From the NCBI GenBank assembly GCA_023251915.1, contig JAHEXW010000002.1, positions 46,529 through 110,528 on the forward strand: a stretch of DNA of 64,000 nt. Direction: 5' to 3'. The DNA comes from Actinomycetes bacterium (GTDB lineage: Bacteria; Actinomycetota; JAHEXW01). Under the pieces are notes generated by a model. The model ran no database searches. It worked only from the letters and a program-made list of their open reading frames with translations, and was not told the origin of the DNA. Made by a program: the position numbers and the translations under genes. The first letter of the stretch is position 1. The number at the start of each line of letters is the position of its first letter. Shown here in pieces: positions 18,728 through 25,500 of this stretch.

Positions 18728-18898
18728 TAATAAAAAACGCGCTGCCCAAGGAAAAGGATAGCGCGCGTCAATAGACTATTCGTCGCTCCTTTCCAAATTC
18801 GGGAGGCGGGTCGATTGCTCGGCCCACCCTGACTCCCGGCCAAAACCCGGCCGGTCGATCGCCCCGGACATCCCAGAGGGACGGACGGGGTCGGAGTA
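18728..18898 (-). ncRNA. Candidate riboswitch (probably Moco/Tuco class) with an intrinsic terminator, copy B
   Basis: Same conserved blocks as copy A, in minus-strand reading order: CTCCGACC, CGAGCAATC, GCCTCCCG, TTGGAAAGGAG. Then a GCGCGCT/AGCGCG hairpin (18737-18768) and a U-tract. It sits immediately upstream of tupA. Confidence 0.5.
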
Positions 18899-19010
18899 AT
18901 ATTCGATTGTGACTAGAGGTTATCAGGCTTGTAACATATGTGTCAAGGAAATTGGGTAAGCAATTATCGCAAGATAGCTATGGTCTTGCATTTATCCGAG
19001 ACAGACCGGT

Positions 19011-19586
19011 CTATTTGAACCACTCTGTCACGTCTTGCCAGTTCTTTCTGGGTCGGGGAGAAGGAGATTCGTGCGGATAGCCAACGGCGACCGCAGCAAT
19101 CAACTGCTCTTTCTTGCCGACGGCTTGGCCGATCTTCCGCGCCGCTAGAAAAACATAGCCGAGCCACACAGTTCCCAGCCCCAGTTCTTGGGCGGCCAGC
19201 AACATCGTTTGAATCGAACCGCCGATCGACTGTACGTCGAGGACATTGACGATCGTGGATAATGGCCTTATCAGACCACGTTTACGGCTGGCTCCGTTAA
19301 AAACCAGAATGAGCACCGGCGCGCTTTGCATGAGGTTGGTCGTGGCCGCCGCGCCGCTGATGAGAGTCTTGAACCGCTTTAGGCGGACCACTCGCTTGAC
19401 GAGTATGGCGACGACTTCGTCTTTCTTGGCGCCTTCTAAAACGACGAAGCGCCAGGGTTGCCGGTTGGTAGAGGATGGCGCCTTGGTCGCCGCCTCCAAC
19501 ATTTTTTCGATTAGTTCAGCCGGAACTTTGGCGTCGGTGAATTTCCTGATGCTTCTGCGGCTGTAGATAGCGTCTAGAGTATCCAT
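19011..19586 (-). CDS. Nitroreductase family protein (FMN-dependent)
   Basis: Begins MDTLDAIYSRRSIRKFTD and contains APSSTNRQPWRFVV, a nitroreductase signature. Confidence 0.85.
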   Translation of the reverse strand: MDTLDAIYSRRSIRKFTDAKVPAELIEKMLEAATKAPSSTNRQPWRFVVLEGAKKDEVVAILVKRVVRLKRFKTLISGAAATTNLMQSAPVLILVFNGASRKRGLIRPLSTIVNVLDVQSIGGSIQTMLLAAQELGLGTVWLGYVFLAARKIGQAVGKKEQLIAAVAVGYPHESPSPRPRKNWQDVTEWFK

Positions 19587-19603
19587 CGCCGGCGCCTCTA
19601 GGG

Positions 19604-19813
19604 CTAGCTTCTGTTCTTGGGATTAAAAAGCGGGAAGTTACTCGCCTCGAAGGTTTGATAGTCGGGACATTTCCGGCAGTGCGGCCGCAAGCAGAACCCG
19701 TTGATCTGGTCCTTTTCAAGAGTGTCTGCCGCGCCCGGCAATTCGCAATGGTAGTGACCGCTCTCCGTCTTGGCGACGAACGGACAGTTCAATTCCCCCG
19801 GTCGTTCACACAT
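19604..19813 (-). CDS. Small Cys/His-rich protein (putative metal-binding)
   Basis: 69 aa with seven Cys and four His: MCERPGELNCPFVAKTESGHYHCELPGAADTLEKDQINGFCLRPHCRKCPDYQ. Tightly packed between the AAA-like gene and the nitroreductase. Confidence 0.5.
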   Translation of the reverse strand: MCERPGELNCPFVAKTESGHYHCELPGAADTLEKDQINGFCLRPHCRKCPDYQTFEASNFPLFNPKNRS

Positions 19814-19822
19814 AATGCGCTC

Positions 19823-20740
19823 CTAAAACGTATAGTAATGCGAACAGTCCAGCTCGCGCAGTTCCTTATATTTCTCGGTCATGTCCGGTGTCAGCCACGG
19901 CTCAATCTCGCCGACAGCCTGCAGGAAATGCGGCATCTCGATCTTGGCCGAGCCGGCCTTGACGGCGTTGAGCGCCGCACGCTTGCATAGATTCTCCAGG
20001 TCCCAACCGACAAAACCCTCAGTTTTCTCGGCGAGCTGCGCGTAGTCTATCTCGCCGCCCAGATTCGGCTCCAAGCGCTTGATGTAGATGCGCAGTATGC
20101 CCTCACGATCGGCCGCTGTAGGCGGATGAACAAAAATTTTTCTGTTGAACCGGCTCTTTTCCTTAACCAGAGCCTGGTCGACCACGTCGATCCGATAACA
20201 CGAGCCGGCTAGCGCTACACCGGTAGCGACTGTGTTTACGTCGCCGCCTCCTTGCAGCTTATCGATTTCTTCTAGAAACACGGTCGTCAAATCCTTGTCA
20301 GCAAAAGTCGGCGGGATGCCGCGGCGGTTGCCCGGCGCCCAATCGTAGTCGGCTCCGGCCCGCGGCGCTAGCCACTCTACGTCGCTAATGAACAAAACAC
20401 AGGGGGCCTTCTCTTGCGCCTCGGCAAACGCTTTGCGCAGTTCCTCGGGTTTACCCAACATCTCTTGGCCGGAAACGTAGATATAATGCGCCCCGGCGTC
20501 CTTAGCGGACGCTTCGGCCAGCATCTTGATACCGGTGCCGAGCGGACCCCACATCAGAACGCCCATTGGCGGCTCGATATTCATTTCCTTAATCATGTCC
20601 GGATTCTTCAGGGGCAGTGAGATCATTTCCTGCAATATCTCTTTGATGTCGTCAAAGCCGCCGACGTCGTCCCAATTAACCCGGGGTGGACGGCTCAGAT
20701 AGTAAACGCCGCCTTCGCCGTGATGGTGGTCATGATGCAC
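19823..20740 (-). CDS. AAA+ family protein with degenerate Walker A and Walker B motifs (probable pseudo-ATPase)
   Basis: AAA core similar to FtsH/CDC48, including an arginine-finger region KSRFNRK. The P-loop reads GPLGTGIKM where GPPGTGKT is expected. Walker B reads LFISDVEW where hhhhDE is expected. N-terminal His-rich tag MHHDHHHGEGG. Confidence 0.65.
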   Translation of the reverse strand: MHHDHHHGEGGVYYLSRPPRVNWDDVGGFDDIKEILQEMISLPLKNPDMIKEMNIEPPMGVLMWGPLGTGIKMLAEASAKDAGAHYIYVSGQEMLGKPEELRKAFAEAQEKAPCVLFISDVEWLAPRAGADYDWAPGNRRGIPPTFADKDLTTVFLEEIDKLQGGGDVNTVATGVALAGSCYRIDVVDQALVKEKSRFNRKIFVHPPTAADREGILRIYIKRLEPNLGGEIDYAQLAEKTEGFVGWDLENLCKRAALNAVKAGSAKIEMPHFLQAVGEIEPWLTPDMTEKYKELRELDCSHYYTF

Positions 20741-20751
20741 TTTTTGTCCTC

Positions 20752-21546
20752 CTATACCGGGATTGACGGCTCGAATACGATCCGGTCAAAACCTTGCTTC
20801 GTGAGTTCTTCGTCCGACTGAATGTCTTGGTTTTCATAAAACTGGGCGTTTCCGGCCACCCAAACCGGCCGGTTAAAGATATCGGCCGTCTCTTCTATCA
20901 TACCCTGCCGGCAGACCCGTCCGCATTCACCCGCGATGTTTAGCCACCGCCCATCCTGGAAAGCGAACGGACAATATCGGGTGGTGGTGACGTAACCATA
21001 AGGCGCGTACAAAGATGCCGTCAGACCGGAGTCAGTAAAATCGGATGTCATTCCTTGGGGCAGATTGTCCAATTCGACGCGGCCAACACCCTTGTCTTTC
21101 AGGTACTTCCGCAGAATCGGGGAGTCAAAGATCGACGCACGCCAGTCTTCAGCCAAAGCGGGCCCGGCGTCGGCCTTTCGCGACGAGATACCGAAGCCGC
21201 GTTTCTGACCTGACAGGAGCCGGCCCAGAACGGGTGTGAGATCAGGTCGCTCTTGCCGCAGCTGAAGCATCGTCCCATAGTCGTTACAGACAACCTCGAT
21301 CGACCGATCGGCAGGCAGCGATAGAAATACGTCGCGTAACAATGTTAGGCCACGGTCGGTGACATACGGTGTTACTAAGGTGAAGCCGAGACCGGAATCA
21401 GCCGCAGTCAGGCTGGCGGCGGCGGTCTCCTCAACCCCGGGAATCTTGATCTCGCAAAATTCCGCGCCGAAATACAGCCTGTCGAAACCGGCCGGATCGA
21501 ACTTATCGGGAATGTCGGTCAGGTAGACAGCGCGCTCCACGGTCAT
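20752..21546 (-). CDS. Peptidase U32 family protein, short form (UbiV/TrhP2-like)
   Basis: U32-fold matches: FDRLYFGAEFCEIK resembles the UbiV YLGEAVCS region, DYGTMLQLRQERPDL is typical, and there are C-terminal Cys residues (RYCPFAF, GECGRVC). The gene boundary overlaps the upstream U32 gene. Confidence 0.6.
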   Translation of the reverse strand: MTVERAVYLTDIPDKFDPAGFDRLYFGAEFCEIKIPGVEETAAASLTAADSGLGFTLVTPYVTDRGLTLLRDVFLSLPADRSIEVVCNDYGTMLQLRQERPDLTPVLGRLLSGQKRGFGISSRKADAGPALAEDWRASIFDSPILRKYLKDKGVGRVELDNLPQGMTSDFTDSGLTASLYAPYGYVTTTRYCPFAFQDGRWLNIAGECGRVCRQGMIEETADIFNRPVWVAGNAQFYENQDIQSDEELTKQGFDRIVFEPSIPV

Positions 21547-22484
21547 CAGTCCTCTGCCGGAAAATAGCAGGAATATGGGTCGCAGCCGGAGTCGAACATG
21601 TCGACATGGACGTGCCGCGCCATCTCAGCCATCGCGCCTGGTCCGGCTCCCGTCAGCGACACGTCTCGCAATGCCGCGATGGCCCGGACCGCCTGCAGCT
21701 TTTCTTCCGTGCGACGGCCCCGACCCGCGATCTTCACGGCTGCCAGCCCGGCTTTTTCCAGCTCATAATAGCCGCATAAGCCGCAGGCATTGCCCCGGGG
21801 CGTGCCGGACCAAGTTGCCTGAACCGCCGCCGCCGGAGTCGCTGCGGCTGCGGGCACCAGATCGCAAGGATAGCCGCAGGGCCAAATATGTTCGGGGCTG
21901 TCGTCATGGAAGAAGGAACACAAGCCTTCCACGTTCGGACATTTGCCGTACATTAGAAAGGCCTCAAAATCCATTTCGGGTTCCGCGGCGATTATCCGCG
22001 CCGCCTCCGCGGTCGTCAGAGAACGGTCGAGCACCACGCGGGCCGCGCCCAAATCCCCATAGAAACGAGCGGCGGCCGAGTTCATTACGCCAGCCAAGAT
22101 GCTTATGTGGAGCTCTATGGGAAAACGCCGCCGTTTAATCTCCAGGATAAGACCGGGGTCGGCAACAATGAGCGCATCTATCTTAAGATTCACGGCCCTC
22201 TCCACTTCACTCAGCACCAGGGGAAGTTGCGCGGCGGAATAGAAGTTGTTATTAAGGGTCAAAAAGAACGGGCGGGACAGAGCGTGGGCGGCTGCAACTC
22301 CGGCGGTCAGTTCAGCGGCCGTGGAGAATTGCGCGTCCGCGAAGGTGCGTTTGTTAAGGGAGCCGACGTCGGCATAGGCGATGTTCCATTCAGCCGGCAC
22401 AAAGCCGCCGTAGAACTCGTCGGCCCCTGCTTCGGCCAAGATGCCAATCTCCTCAACATGATCAACCGGCGCTAGAATCCTCAT
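21546..22484 (-). CDS. Peptidase U32 family protein (UbiU/TrhP/RlhA-like, putative 4Fe-4S prephenate-dependent hydroxylase component)
   Basis: RILAPVDHVEEIGILAEAGADEFYGG, FFLTLNNNF and DALIVADPG resemble the U32 consensus (ELLAPAGNLE, ADAVYLG, VTLNTL, DAIIVSD). Has a Cys cluster GKCPNVEGLCSFFH...CGYPC and a KIAGRGRR motif that resembles UbiU KIEGRQRS. Confidence 0.65.
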   Translation of the reverse strand: MRILAPVDHVEEIGILAEAGADEFYGGFVPAEWNIAYADVGSLNKRTFADAQFSTAAELTAGVAAAHALSRPFFLTLNNNFYSAAQLPLVLSEVERAVNLKIDALIVADPGLILEIKRRRFPIELHISILAGVMNSAAARFYGDLGAARVVLDRSLTTAEAARIIAAEPEMDFEAFLMYGKCPNVEGLCSFFHDDSPEHIWPCGYPCDLVPAAAATPAAAVQATWSGTPRGNACGLCGYYELEKAGLAAVKIAGRGRRTEEKLQAVRAIAALRDVSLTGAGPGAMAEMARHVHVDMFDSGCDPYSCYFPAED

Positions 22485-22514
22485 AAAATCATCCTATCAC
22501 AGGGAAGACGCAGT

Positions 22515-25500
22515 CTATCGTACCGTTACCACGGTCGGTTGCGACCAGCCGGATACCGTGCCGTTGGCAACAACGGTCTCGACCTTAGTCTCATAGTTTC
22601 CAGCTAACGACCACGTGTGCGTCTCTATAGCCGGCCACATATTAAAAATCTCGGCGGTTGTGTAGAATCTTGTCGTCGTTGTCGACCCGTCTCCCCAAGC
22701 GAAAACGAATCTGATCGGCTCGAAGATAAGCCTGTTGGCAAGAACCGCGGTGTACGTGGCACGCGTGTTGCACACGACGGCCGCCGGGCCTGTCGGCGTC
22801 AAAGGAACAGGCAGCGGCGTCTGGTTGATAGTAATCCTCAGCGGTAATGACGTTTCCGATTTCGCTCCCCGCGCGTCTGTCGCCTTTACCAAAACGGTAT
22901 AGACGCCTACCTCGTTCCAAATGTGAGTGATTTCGCCGGCCATTCCCGACGGGCTCGTACCTGTCGAGCCGGACGTTCCGTCGCCCCAATCAAATGTGTA
23001 GCCTACTCCATCACCGTCGAGGTCGGTAGCTAAGGCGGACACCGAAACCGGCCGCTTGGCGAAACCGGTCGGACCGCCTACTATATTCGGGATCCCGGGT
23101 GCGTGATTAATGCCGACGGTCAGCGCCTCCGACCACCCGGTCCAGCCATCGGTGCTAGCGTCTCCGACTCTGACTTTGACCGCGAATTCGCCGCCTGTCG
23201 GCCAGTGATGGGAGAGACTAGCCGTCGCGCCAGACGACACGCCAGCGGTTTCGCTCGTTGTTCCGTCACCCCAGTCAAAAACATAGGTTAACGAATCGCC
23301 GTTGGCGTCTTGCGCCACGGTCGTGTAGGTAAGCTCGTCGCCGGGATTAGCGGAGACGGGCCCGTCCGGTCGCGCGGGAACGCCCGGCAGTTCATTTCTG
23401 ACCGCCACGCGCTTGGGCTGAGACCAGACGGATACGGCACCCAGATCGTTGGCGGCGCGAACCCTGACGTCATACTCTTCCGTCGCTGCAGCTGTTATTC
23501 GTTGCCAAATATGCGGAACTGATACCAGTGTTCCGGAAGATACTGCGGCAGTGGTCTCGGTCGTTCCGTCACCCCAGTCAAACGTATAGCATACGTTACG
23601 GCCGGCCGGGTCACGCGACGCCGCTGCGTACCCAACCGACTGACCAAACAGGACCGACGCCGATCCGGATGGCGCCTGCGGCACGTCCGGGGCACCGCAA
23701 ATCTGAATCACTGTATCCTCCATCGCCCAACCCGAGGACAAGCCCCACACGTCAGTCGACCTGATCTTTATGGTAAACAATCCGGCGGACGCCCAGGCGT
23801 GGGACATTGAAACTTCGGTCCTTGACTCGACAGATTCGCTCGTACTGGTCGTACCGTCGCCCCAATCGAACGTAAAAGCCAACCGGTCATCATCCGGGTC
23901 ATAGCCAGCCGTGTTGAACGAGTAGCTTTGGCCGGTAATTCCCAAGCTCGGCCCGCCGGCACTGGCGGGCGGCATAGGCGCCTGGTTAATAAAAACGCTG
24001 GCCGGCGGAGACCAACCGGATGTTACGCCCAGTTCATCCACCGCTCTAACCTTGACCTGGTATGTGCCCCCTAGGTTCCAGGTATGACTGAGGGTTGCTC
24101 CGACACCGCCGGATGCCAGCAAGGCTGATTCATCGGTTCCGCCATCGCCCCAATCGAAAACATACTTTACTCTGTGGTTGTCCGGGTCGGTCGTAACGGC
24201 CGAAAAACTCCCGCTGGCGCCTAACTCCACAGCCAGGGGACCCTGCGGTTTGGCCGGCGTTAGCGGCGTTGAGTCATGAGCCGTAATATTCAGGGAAGAG
24301 CACCAACCGGATGCCGCGCCGGTCGAATCAATGGCCTTTACCTTAACCAGATAGGCTCCGCCGGCCGGCCACACATGCGTCGCGGTACCGTAGATGTTTG
24401 AGCTATATTCCCAGTAGGCATAGTACCTAGTCGTGGTCGTCGTACCGTCGCCCCAATCGAACAGGTATTGAATGTCCTGGTGTTCCGGATCACTCGACCG
24501 GGCGCGATAGGAATATTCCAACCCGACGGTTGCGGCTGATGTACCGGACAGGTTCGACGGTGTCCCGGGCGCCCGGGTCAGAATGGTGACAGACAGTGTC
24601 GATGACCAGACGGACGCCGTGTTATAGATATCGGTTGCTTTGACCTTAACCGCGTAGACCCCGCTGGCCGGCCAGCTGTGGGAGGCGGAGGCGGCCGCAC
24701 CCGAAGCCAGAGCGTTAGTGTCCGTAGTCGTTCCGTCGCCCCAGTCGAACGTGTATATCAGCTGGTCAACGTTGCCATCTGTGGTGCTGCTGGTATACGT
24801 TGCCGGAGTTGCCGTGTACATCGACGCCGTGCCGCTAGGAGTTGCCGGTTTAACGGGTGCGACATTGTCGGCTGGAAAAACGTACACCGTCGCGGTCGAA
24901 ATAGTCGATCGCGCTCCAAACTGATCCATCGCCCGCAACCGTACCGTATATGTGCCCTTGGTTGTCCAGGTGTGCGTTGCGGCGGCGGTACTGCCCGACC
25001 CAAGCCAACCGGTCTTGCTTGTCGTTCCGTCGCCCCAGTCGAACGTATACTGGATTTGATCGCCCTCGGGGTCGGATGACGAAGTGTTAAAGGAACCGGT
25101 CAGGTTCTGACCCACCCGTATGTCACCCTGCAGCGCGGCCGGCGCCGTCGGTCCGTGGTCAATGATATGGATCTCGTTGACGTTTGACCACGCAGAAACC
25201 CGGCCGTCTTGGGTTATGGCCTTGGCTTTAACCTGGAACAGGCCCGGCGCGGTCCAGGTGTGCGCCAGCGTGACCGTTCCGCCCGAATACGTCTGGAAGG
25301 ATGTGTCGGTTGTACCGTCTCCCCAATCGAAGACATATGTCATCGGCCGGCCGGCGCCATCGGTGGTAGCTGTGCTGAAATTAACGGAAACGCCCTTGAA
25401 ATAGGTTGTAATCCAGTATTGGTCCAGTTCGGGAATACCCGGCGCGGGCGGAGCCTCCAGCCTGACGGTGACCCAAGTGGCCGCGGACCAGGCCGATACG

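Noticed and set aside
21575-22138. 187-aa Arg/Pro-rich plus-strand ORF
   Set aside because: Antisense to the U32 gene. Extreme Arg/Pro bias typical of the reverse frame of GC-rich coding DNA.
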